Origin: Camelus dromedarius | Taxonomy: Eukaryota | Direction of reading: 5' to 3' | Length of the DNA stretch: 64,000 nucleotides | Assembly (NCBI RefSeq): GCF_036321535.1 | Contig: NC_087436.1 | Location: 97,156,001 to 97,220,000, forward strand | Part shown: piece by piece, positions 1 through 11,195 of the stretch | Position numbering within the stretch: position 1 is the stretch's first letter | Layout of the letters: each line of letters starts with the position of its first letter | The notes under the pieces: model-generated | Seen by the model: only the letters and a program-made list of their open reading frames with translations | Told to the model about the DNA's origin: nothing | Database searches by the model: none | Made by a program: the position numbers and the translations under genes

Positions 1-1998
1 ATAGCCTGATACTATTGGTTTAAAAAATTGTATGGAAAAAACTTGATAAAATGTTGGAACTCGGGTCTGTTGTTAGTGTTTCAAACAGCCCAGGCAGATA
101 TAAAACTTAATAAATGATACTTATTTTAGAGAATTCTCTGGGTTTTGCAGATTAATAAAACAAGATTCTCCCCTTTCCTACATGTAACTAAAAACCTCAA
201 GCTCTTCAGCAAGTCTGAGTAGATGCAAATATGAAAGACTGGATAGAATTTATTCCAGCATTTCTTGACTATGTAACTCAGAGGACAAATCCTGTGAGTC
301 GCTGTAAAGGAAAGAGAACATGGTTGATTGTGCCACATCCCTTCTAGGAGAAGCACATATTGAATATCCAAGAGTATCTGCAACTCGGAAACCCTTTCGA
401 CTTTTTAACCTGTTTTCTAAAGATGTTTGTGTGTTCAGTATTAACACACAGAGCGTAGTTACAAAAACTGCACTGTATCTTGAGGAGTTCCTGTTTTACT
501 TGACAAGATGATTTAGAACTTCTTTCTTACTCAGTTAAATTCTTTTTTAAAAAAAGTATTACTAATTTTTTTTTAACCATAGAGAAGCGTTGTGTGCCCA
601 TGTGAGCCTGGGACAGCAGAAGCTGTTTGTATATATAATACATTTAAGAATTTATGAAAGAATATAAAGATGAGCAGGATGTGTTCCATGTCTTTTTTGT
701 ATCTTCCACTTAGGGCAGAAAAAAATACAAATAAAAATACACTCAAAGACAAAGTATGGTAATTGATACAGAAGGGTCCACAGAGTACAGAATCATGACG
801 TTACAGAGAGGTTGAGAAAACATTTCTTCTAAGATCTTCTAGGGAGGAGAAAGCAGTTGGAAAATGGGTACCATTTTAACTGGCGGTTTTAGATGAAATA
901 CTTTTCAGGCGAGAGGGAGTGAAAGGGCATGGGTGTCGTGATATCTGAATGTCCTAAAGTCTGTGAGATATATAGAAGGGTAAGTTGAGGTTGTTTTATG
1001 GAAGATGCAGATCGGGCTGTAGGACCTGGAGGGAGAAACTGCCAGTGAATTGCATGTGCAGGTTGAAAGCCAGTGATCAAATCTCCAAAGAAAGGCTAAA
1101 TCCCAAACAGTGGTTGAGAGAGCACTCTGAAGCCAGTCCTGGGACTTGGTGGGACATCAGAGCTTCTGCTGTTGGTACCTTTGTCAGAGGCTGACTTTCC
1201 AGCCAGTGCCCAGAGTCTCCAAGGCTACCACAGTGGAGCGACTCCCCATCTGCACAGAAGCGTGCAAGTGCCTCAGATCTCCTGGGAATGCTGTCCTATG
1301 GCCAGGCTTTCAGTGCAAAGCAAATGTAGTGGAAACTTAACAAGTCTTTATCTGACCAAGGTGTTGTGTATCAATCACCTTGTGGAATTTAAACATTGAC
1401 TCTTAAATCTCTGATAAAGAGTGTCTTTTTGCCCATTTCTCAAATCACACATAACTTGTAAAGACTGTGTCAAGTGAATAAAAGTTTTGATATTTTATTT
1501 GCAATTTGAGGAAAAAAATTCTTAGTTTTAGTATTTATTAAAATAATATGGCTAATTTCCTTCAGTCAGTCTAGCTACAGAGAAGTGAATGAGGATTTCG
1601 AAATCAGACAGAAATTAGAATTGTTCATCTATCACTCATTCTCTCTGTGACTTAACGTCTCAGAACCTCTGTTTCCCACACGTAAAAGTGTAAGGGCAAG
1701 ACTTTCTCCATGGGATCAGTTGGAAAAGTAGGTAACATTGGGCCTGGCCACAGATCCCCCTAATTGGAGCTCAGTAAACCTCAATTTTCTTTCTTTTCAG
1801 AAGAGCACCATTTCATTTCAGGTGATCTTTGATAACATTACTGAAAGTGAGTTCTAGTCAATTCTTACCGTGGCAACCATAAAGTAAAGAAATCATGTGT
1901 TTACATTGAATATTTAAAGTTTAGTTTTTTTGGTGGTTATAAAACCACGTGGTTTTAAGTGTCTGAAAGTTCTGCCTGACTTATTTTTAAAAAAATAG

Positions 1999-2332
1999 CT
2001 GGGGGGAGGGGAAATTGGATGAAGGCAGTCAAAAGGTATAGACTTCCAGTTCACAGGATAAATAAGTGCACGTAAACAACATGACAAATAAAATTAACAC
2101 GGCTATAATATATGAACGTGGCTAAGAGGAAGTATTAAGAGTTCTTATCACAAGGAAAAAATTATTTTTCCACTTCTTCAATTTTGTGTCTATGTGAGAA
2201 GATGGATGTTCACTAAACTTACTGTAGTAATCATTTCGTGAGGAATGTAAGTCAAATCATTATGCTGTGTACCTTAAACTGATACAGTGCTGTATGTTGG
2301 TTATGTCTCAATAAAACTGGAAGAAAAAAAAA
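1999..2332 (+). mobile_element. LINE-1 3' UTR fragment (L1MA-like)
   Basis: aaaggtatagacttccagtt...gtaccttaaactgatacagtgctgtatg...ctcaataaaactggaag + A tail, typical old L1 3' end. Confidence 0.8.
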
Positions 2333-3130
2333 GGGCAATGTTTCCTCTCATCCCACTTCATCACAAGAGGCAGCCACTTGCTAATTTTTTAGTAGTTTCT
2401 TTCGGTATTTACTTTATCTTAATAATTCCATACTGATGCTTCCTGACTTTTCAGTGATCGGAATTAACTGCGGAAAGATTAGCCTAGAATATAATGTTTA
2501 TTCATTTTCACTGCTGTTCACCCGCCTACACACAGTTCCCATCTAATCATATTTTAAAGTAGGTGTATAAAATGAGTTTTATCTATATTTACTTTAATAT
2601 TCTTAGGACTGTGTAAAGGCTACTCATATTTGAGCTTTGCAACATAGAATGATGGCTTTTTCTTTCATTTGCCACCTTTTAATTTCCTTGGAATTAATAA
2701 TTACTGATTTTTTTTGTTTGCTTAGTTTTTTTATGTACTTATCGCTCATTTATCCACAAATTCTTCCTCAGGACTATAAATCTGTGAAGTAACCAAAATA
2801 CACACACATGTCAATTTTATCATCCTACAGCCGCCTAAGAAAGCTTATTTAGTTTATGTATTGTAACCCACTTTTGCTTTTTGTTATCTTACGTTTAATG
2901 TAGAAAGCACTTTCTTACTTTTGACCTTCTTATAACGTACTATTGTTTCACAGACACCCTATGTTCTCTTATCTCTCTGTGGCTATTCATAAGTGTTTTG
3001 AAGCTTTCTTTTCCTGTAGACTTTGTTTCTTTCAATTTTTTGGAGGGGGTTTCTTCCCCATCTTTTATCTTTGAGATGCTTTCCTCAGATATTTCTTAAT
3101 CTTGGGCATTTTTTTTAATTAAAACAAACC

Positions 3131-3330
3131 ACTTTATTAGCTAAAAAATAGAAACCATTGTCTGAGCCTTCAGCAGGTCATAATCTTTTTTGCCGGTGGA
3201 GGGTCTTGCCTTGATGTTGACGGCTCCTGACTGATCAGGGTGGTGGCTTCCGAAGGTTGAGGCCCTGTGGCAGTTACTTAACATAAGACAGCAATGAAGT
3301 TTGCCGCATCAGTTGAGTCTTCCTGTCATA
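3131..3330 (-). mobile_element. Tigger1-like DNA transposon fragment (TcMar)
   Basis: ctgagccttcagc...ggtggagggtcttgccttgatgttga...ctgactgatcagggtggtgg...gaagtttgccgcatc matches recalled Tigger1 3' region. Confidence 0.8.
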
Positions 3331-5493
3331 ACTGATTCTCTGTTTGGGCTGTTCATCTTTAAGGAGACGCCGCAAAGCTGGTGGGATCGTGCTCTGATGG
3401 ACCTTGCTGTCTATTTCTTGCAAGATGATCTCGTTAGGCCTTTCCTAATATGTTTCCTTGGAGACTCCTCATGCCAGCATCTTTAAAATGAGCCTCTTTA
3501 TTGAGGGTGGTAAGGCTGATTTGGGGAGCTTAGTAGGGAAAGTGGACTTTGAGAATAAATATTTATGATGTGGACTTGATTCTACTGTAATACTGTCCCC
3601 TACCTTCAGCCATATCTGAGTCTCCCAGTCTAGAGACCTGGGTTTGACCTTCTCTAGTGAATAAAACTCTGCGGTCCTGCTGAGGAGGAGGAGGTGCCGT
3701 TTTCCAGCTGTGGAGTAAGGGATGCATTCTGGGGTGGAGTGGTGAGGGGTGCAAGTTTATCTCTTCAGTAGCCTTTCAGTCAGTCTTCCTGTTCTCAGCA
3801 CCCCCTCTCCTTCATATTCACTTCCAGAGTTGCTTGGTACTTGTATCTCCTGAGACTTTCTGAGATTTTGTGAGTAAATTGGTTTTCCTCTCAATTTGAA
3901 CTCTTGTAGGCTTAGCAATCAGCTCTGTGAAACCTCCTGAGACAGCCCCTCTCCCTCCTTGTGCTTTCCTGGTTTCCTAATACTGTCATTTCCTTCTCTC
4001 ATCAGTGTTGGTTTGTAGGTATTTATTCATTTTCATTTATTTTTTAATCTCTTGAGGTTTTGTGAGGAGTAAAGATAAATACAAGCTTTTAATTGATCAT
4101 CTTAACTATAAGCTGGTTTCATGTTAAATTTTTATTTTTTTATAGAGTGTGACTGTAAAATAAAGAGGTGTCATCTTTTAACGTGGCTTTTCATCTATTA
4201 TGTCGTGTAAGCACTAAGCTCTTTGTAAATAGTGCAATGATTAGTAGTCACACGTTAAATGCTTTATCATTGACTTCTAAAACTTTTTAGCACGTGGGAT
4301 TTTGTGGTAAATAACATTTGTGTTTTTCTCATTTAAAACAGAGACGGAAGCTGGGATTTCAGAGAAATTTTGTTTTATTTTTTTCTGGCCCCAACTCATT
4401 TTGCTTCATAGAATCTTGGAAACTATCATTTTGGTTTGCTTAAAAGTAAGGAAATACACTTTAGAATAGAAACATGCTGACATTTTATAGAAACATTATA
4501 ATAATTCCTTGGATGTGTATCTGTAAAATGCTTCATAACTAATGCTGCAGTATTTAAAAGCCTCATACTTAAGAGTAATTAAATAAATAAAGAAATAAAA
4601 AATTCATTATTAGATATATAAACAAAAATCTATACTTTTGGAAATTGTAGTAGTTCTAAAAAATATTGAGGCTAGTTAAGGTTGGAGCAGAAAATAAGAG
4701 AAAATACGCATATAATTCTTCAGGATTATGTAAACAAGGCACATGAGTCTGAAACAGCATGTTTATGACACCTTTTTTTAGATACTTCTGTTTAGAATGA
4801 TAAGTATGTTTGTCATGATTAAAATACCATGATTAATAAAAGTCATAAATTTGACTTCATCACTTTGAGGTTCATTCTGGTTATGTGATATTTGAAGTTG
4901 ACAGTTTGGTAACCTCTGCCTCCCTAAATTAATATTGTTGGTTAGCATGCTTGTCCAATTTTGCAGTTTTTTAAAGCTAAAAGATACAATCTTTAAAAAA
5001 AAAAAAAACCTACTGGCACTTAGGAATGAAATTAAACAGAGGTGCCTTCATATAAATACTTCATAAATAGATAATTAATTGTTTGTAATACACTGTACTT
5101 AAAAAAGAAATTTTAAGATACACAATTTTGAGACAGCAAAAACTGACACCAGGTGGTGAGGCTGTATTTATAATAGTGGTCGAAATATTACATCACCTGC
5201 CCGGCCAGAGCTCAGGGAGAGAGCTGATAGAAATCCGTTCAATAACACTGCACATGCCTTATAAAATGTTCTAAGAAAGCTTCTTAAAGAAATGTTTCCC
5301 TTTGACACCCTAAAAACAAAATAGGGTAAAACCAAGGCTAATTTTTTTCCTGTCTACTTTACCTTTTCTTGAAGGAATTCTGAAGCACTTTGCAAAGTTG
5401 AACTCACATATTAAATGCATAGAGGTCAAATGTTATCGCTACCTAACGGGATATCCAAGATGCTTTGCTATAAAATATACCAGAGTCTGTTTT

Positions 5494-5743
5494 GTACAGT
5501 GGTTAAGAGCACACACTTTGGACCACAATGCCTAGATTTGACTCACTGGAAAGCTCTTTATTAGTCGTGTGGCTTGGGCCAATTATTTAACCTAATGATT
5601 CCATTGTGCCTTCATCTGTAAAATGGGAGTAATAATATTACTTGCCTCATATGGTTGTTTGGAGGATTAAATGAATTAATATTTGTATATGCTTGCAACA
5701 ATGCCTAGAACAAAGCACTCTATAAGTGGTGGCTGTTTTTATT
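5494..5743 (+). mobile_element. MIR SINE
   Basis: gtggttaagagc...cttcatctgtaaaatgggagtaataat...ggttgtttggaggattaaatga core. Confidence 0.85.
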
Positions 5744-6000
5744 ACGAAGATTATTGTGCCAAAGAAGTTCTTTATTGACTGAGGCTTTAAAATCTCTTCT
5801 CTGGCTGATAATTCTTTATTATTTCAGGTCTAATTTGTGTCACGTGATAGTAGGAATAGAGGCTAGAGTGACATTGTATTTTATACTTGGTCCTTTTTTT
5901 GTAACATTTACTAAATACATCAATTTTAATTGGATTAGGGGAAGTTAATTGAAATTTAAGGAAAAGGCATCATTTATGTCAGAGAAAACTTAAAAACCAT

Positions 6001-6218
6001 ATTTACTGAAGTATAGTTGATTTACAATGTTTCAGGTGTAAAGCAAGGTGATTCAGTTACATACACACACATATATATATTCTTTTTCAGGTTCTTTTTC
6101 CTTATAGGTTATTACAAATATTGAATATAGTTTCTGTGCTATACGGTAGGCCCTTGTTGTTTATTTTATATATAGTAGTGTGTATCCATTAATGCCAAAT
6201 TCCTAATTTATCCCCCTC
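6001..6218 (-). mobile_element. 5'-truncated artiodactyl-type LINE-1 3' end with flanking direct repeat
   Basis: tgaagtatagttgatttacaatg...gtgattcagttacata...ttataggttattacaa; 16-bp direct repeats at 5979-5994 and 6220-6235. Confidence 0.8.
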
Positions 6219-9200
6219 ATCAGAGAGAACTTAAAGTACTTTAGCAATCTCTTATTGAATGTTAAAGATTAATTTTACATAATTACACTGGAATTAGTTG
6301 CCTGATGTTGAGTAGACTTTCATAAATATATGAGAAAAATATTTAACTCTTGCACAGAAAAGATAACTCTTAAAAATTTATTATTCACCAACATTTTTTA
6401 ATTTAAAATTGTATTGATGTTTAGAAACCAAGTACTTCTCAAGCTCTCCCTTTTATGTAGTTGAATTTTTGATTAATTTATAGAGTTTACCAATATTGAA
6501 TCCAAGTTTCCATTTGCTAGAAAGGAGGACTATATTGTGAGGAAGTATCTAAGTTATCTTAAAATAACCAGTTAGTAGAATTCAGTATTGAAGTTTACAT
6601 GCAGAAAATAGCTAGTTGAATACTGACACATTTAATGAGTTAAATAGATTCAAAAATGTTTATGTAAATTTAGTTCTAGAAACAATTTATTAATTTGCAT
6701 TTTTAAATAGGAAAGTACAAAATATACACATCTTAAAAATGTATTTTAAAACTGGTTAACTCTAAAATGTATTTTAAAATTACATGGAAACTAATGATGA
6801 ATTTTTCAAGTTTTCTGTAGACTCTACTTTTGCTTTAATAACAAGATATTTTACAAGGCTTTTATTTTGTCATATAAAAATTCTGATCTTTAGTATTTGA
6901 TAAAAGCAAAAAATGAAATTAAGGGTGAAGTAGTTAAGTTAGTAGTGTTTGTATTCTCCATACATAAAATGAAAATTTGAGGAAGCATTTTTCAATGAGA
7001 AATATATATTCACTCATCACTCACTGAGTATTCAGTTTTATAAGTTAGGAATTGTGGCAGTCACTGGTTTTACCTTGATAAAAAACATAAATGGTTTTTG
7101 CACTCAAGGATCTCAATACCTAGTATGGGAGATGGAGGACACAAGACAAATATATGATTGCAAGTTCTGCTGAGTGCCATGAAGCAAAGAGATGGGGCAA
7201 GAGGCCCAGGGAACCTGGAGGACCAATGTGTTATTCAACGGTGGCCACTTGGGGGAATGACTTTTGAACTGATGTCTCAAGGATAAAGAAGCCAGCCTCA
7301 TCAAGAGCAGGCAGGGAGCATTCCAAGTGGAGAAAATGGCATGTGGGAAGGCCAGGAGGCAAGAAGGAGTTTAGAGAAAGGAGGCAGGATGGCTGGAGAG
7401 TAGTGTCCGCAGAGCAGGTACCCACAGATTTGATGGTGGCTGAGTGAATAGCAACAGAAGTAACGTGTTAATGATGGGAGTGCACAGTGGCTCTCTCCAA
7501 CTACGAAACAATTGATTTGTCACCTGCTACACTCACTCCGTTTTATCGTGGACTGGGATTTGTCTCATTTCCTGGTCCTTCAGTCGATCATTAGACAGAC
7601 TTAATCTTTAAAAACATTGGGTTGAAGTGGCTGAACACATCAGATAATCACCTCGTGGTTGAGAAAATGAAAATGGTTGGGGGGAGTATCTTAGGAGTTG
7701 AGCCGCTCAAGAGGCTGAGGTTTTGGTGGCTTTCCTGAGTGTGTCCTTTGTAGTCAGTGCCTGAGAAAAGAAATGTAACTAGTCACATGGGAGCATCTTT
7801 GACTGATCTCTGAGCTGTCTGCCCACCCTCCTCCCCTTCTCATTTTTCTGTGGACACAAATGTTAAAACTCTTCGATGATGTCTCAGACCTCAAACTGTC
7901 TATCCAGATGGTGATGGAATTCTAAGAAAGCTTTATGAGTCCAAATTGCTACAACCAAACAATCTAAGACATGTTAAAGTGGGTTTGACAAGTTTTCAAA
8001 CTTTGAATTTAATTCTGACTTTTTAGAAGTTTTTCCTGCCTTCTGCCAACCTTTCTTTTAAAAGATGCTCATTATTTGAGTGCCGGTCGTTTGAGGTTTT
8101 CTCTGTCATCTTGTCCATGTTGCTAAGGGACATGTGCATAATCTTGTCACTCATTCATTTAACAGATTCGTTTTTAGTGCCATATTTGTCTCTGTGTTAG
8201 TTGCTTATCATATAGGGGAGAATGAAACCTCCTTGGACTTTTTCCTTGTAAAGCATGAGGGTTGGTGTGGGAGACAGACATTAAGCAACTAAGCAAACAT
8301 ATGTAATCAGAGATTGTGTTAAGCGCTATGAGGAAAAGGAGAGGGTGCTTTGAGGGAGAATAACTTTGTTATTCTCCAGGAGAGGAATTGCAGAAAAGGA
8401 ATGTCTGTGTAGGTGGCTGAGGTGGAACTCTGAAAGATAAGGAGAAGTTAGCAAAGGAAACAGAGGGATAATGGAAGGTCCTAAGAGCTTTATCGCCTAC
8501 AGATGTTGCTAATTTTTATTCTGAAATGGAAGATTATAGGTACTGAGCTCAAGCTTACCACTCTTAACCATGTAAGGTAGGTGGGGGCCCAGAACAAAAT
8601 CTTGATTTATAGAATTACAGTTGGGATTGTGTGGGAAGATGTCTGTTTACCTGCCTTTAAGTATTACATGAAATGAGTGCTATGTGCTTTTGTTCAATGT
8701 ATAATTATTGTGTGTTTGGTTGGTACTTCTTTGCCTTTTAACTTTTAACGCTGGCAACTTGAAGAACGCTTAGGTCAGTGAAGGAAGTAAGAACCGACAC
8801 TGTCGGATGTTGCAAGGTTAAGAAAACACATTGCAGACCAAGAGAAGTTAAGCAGAAGCAGAAGGATGAGGGATAAGATGTGAAGAGGGCTGGGAAGTTC
8901 GTTGTGGTTATATAATTAGAAAGTCTTGACATGTTCGTATTACTTAATGATTTATTAAATGCTTATATGTGAAAATGTGGTCCACACTAATGAATTTCAA
9001 ACCTTTTCTCCATTTGATCAGATTTATTCTAAGTTTATCTTAAGCAGAATCACTTGGCTGATGATCGGTTTGGGAGGCTCATGGTGTTTCACTGGAGTCA
9101 TAGGTGTGTGGCGCTCAGGAAACAGCCTGGAAGACCGGTTCTCCACACTTCCTGAAGTGCTTTTTCTATCTTTAAATCTGAAAACCACAGAAAGTTCTAC

Positions 9201-10168
9201 CATTTTCTTATCTTAACCATGTTAGGAAACTGTGCAAAAGGAAAAGGCAGACATGGTCATTTACCTGTTGGTTTAGAAATGACTGTTTTTTCAGACCAGA
9301 AGTTAGTTTTCGCATATTATCTGTGTTCAAGGCTGAGCGTGTCTAGATGGTGTCCGTTCACACTGAGAGTCATGTAGAGAATAAGATATTCCAAACCGTT
9401 AGGATTGTCTGACTTCAGGGAAGGGGACTGAAACTAAATAAAAACAAGCCCAAGGGGAAGTGGTTTTTCACCTTTCCCTTACAGAGTCAGAACATGTTTT
9501 CTTCTCCTTTATGCCTAAATAAGGAACATGGGATACTGTCGTGTTTTGTTTTTCATGTCAGTAACCATTTTAAACTGCATTGGCCTTTCATGTGGATCTT
9601 TGTTCCAAATTGTTAATGTTTCAGTGAATTTTGGATGATTGCAAATGATTCTCTAGATTTAGACAGCTTTTTCAGCTTATTTGATCAGAATTAAAATATA
9701 TAACTATGTAAATCCGATTGACAAAGCTGTTTGTTTGTTATGTTAGCAAAATATTATTCATGCTCCAAAGCAAAAAATTAAGAAAAAAATAGGATAAAAT
9801 GTTATAAGCTTAATGTAGGGTAAAACTTCATGTTATCTTCATTAAGGGATTAGCCCCTTTAAGGGATATGGGTGAATGATTGTGTTTCTGACCACACTTT
9901 GTTTTCCACTCAGCCTTATAAATGTGGGTGATGACACCATTAGCAGCTACATTAAAAAAAAATACCTAGGTCACCTGATTAAAAATTGTCATTGTATGTA
10001 TTTTTTCTTTCCTATGTACTGTTGTCAAAAGTGTACATTTTCATGCCTGTTGTTTTCTTTGCTTTTTAACAGCAAATGGGAACATACTCAACAGTTATAT
10101 TACAAATGTATCTAAAATCCAAGTTTATGGTTATTAAATATAAAATGACGATTTCATATATTTTACAG

Positions 10169-10238
10169 AAAACGCATGTTTCAGAAAAGATGGGTGAAAT
10201 TTGACGGCCTTAGCATTTCTTATTACAATAACGATAAG
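10169..10238 (+). CDS. ARAP2: ARAP2 internal exon (70 nt, phase 2-0), PH1: KRMFQKRWVKFDGLSISYYNNDK
   Basis: ttttacag acceptor, AAG|gtaagt donor; peptide matches ARAP2 PH1 as recalled; frame joins next exon. Confidence 0.95.
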
Positions 10239-10920
10239 GTAAGTACATTTCACACTTTCCAAAGATTGCCCTGGGCTTGCTAAGTGAACATCAGTAAACT
10301 AAGCACGTGGCTTGGTCTTTAAGAACAGGAGTTGGACTATCAGTGTGAAAAGAATTTGCATAGGATAAAACACCTAACTCTTTCCATAGTTTAACTTCTC
10401 CCTGACAGATTAAAATTGGGATTTTTAAAAAATTTGTATATCTAAAAATTATTTGTGGAATATCTCTGACCAACTGCAGGAAATTGCCATGAGGGACAGA
10501 CACCTAAACGAGAAACTGCCTTTATCCTAGACGACACTAAAACATGTTCACAGGATGACACCATAAATGAGAAATGGTGAAGTGAGGGGAAGTTATTTTG
10601 TACTTTGGACGGGCTGTGGAAAAACCCAGGAGCACTTCTTGGACAGATTTCAGTGGTCATGGATTTTAAAGAAAGAGGAATGTTTGTACCTAGAGAAACT
10701 TAGAAAGAACAGCACTTGGTAGAGAGAAAACAGTGAGAGGCCCCGATTGTCTGATTGGACGGCAGAGCGTATGGAGGAGACAAGTGGGAGAGGAGGCTGA
10801 GAAGCTTGTGTCTGGAGTTAGAGCTCATGGAATATCTGGATTGCAAGGGGTTATAATACATTCTTTAGGCAGCTGAGTTCTTGATGTGATACTGTTTTGA
10901 TCACATCCTTCTCATTAGGT

Positions 10921-11195
10921 ATGAAAATGTCTTTATTCTTAGGAGATGTATACTGAAATATTTAGGAGTGAAATGCCATTATATCTGCAAATGTCTTTCA
11001 GATGTTCCCTATCTATATATATATTGTGTTTACATACATATATTTGCACACATGCATAGTTAGATAAAACAAAAACTGACTATGCGAGCAGTTGAGTTAG
11101 AGGGTGTGAGTCAAATTGAGGTAGAGGATGGGAGTGTTCATTGTACTCATCTTTCAACTTCCATGTGCTTGAAAATTTCCTTAATTAAAAAGTTG
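10921..11195 (+). mobile_element. ancient L1M (L1MC/ME-like) 3' end
   Basis: tactgaaatatttagg...gtgttcattgtactcatctttcaactt...tgaaaatttccttaattaaaaagtt. Confidence 0.65.

Noticed and set aside
4342..4445. Cryptic exon (aacag acceptor, AAA|gtaagg donor)
   Set aside because: 104 nt, frameshifting, ordinary pseudo-splice signals with no further support
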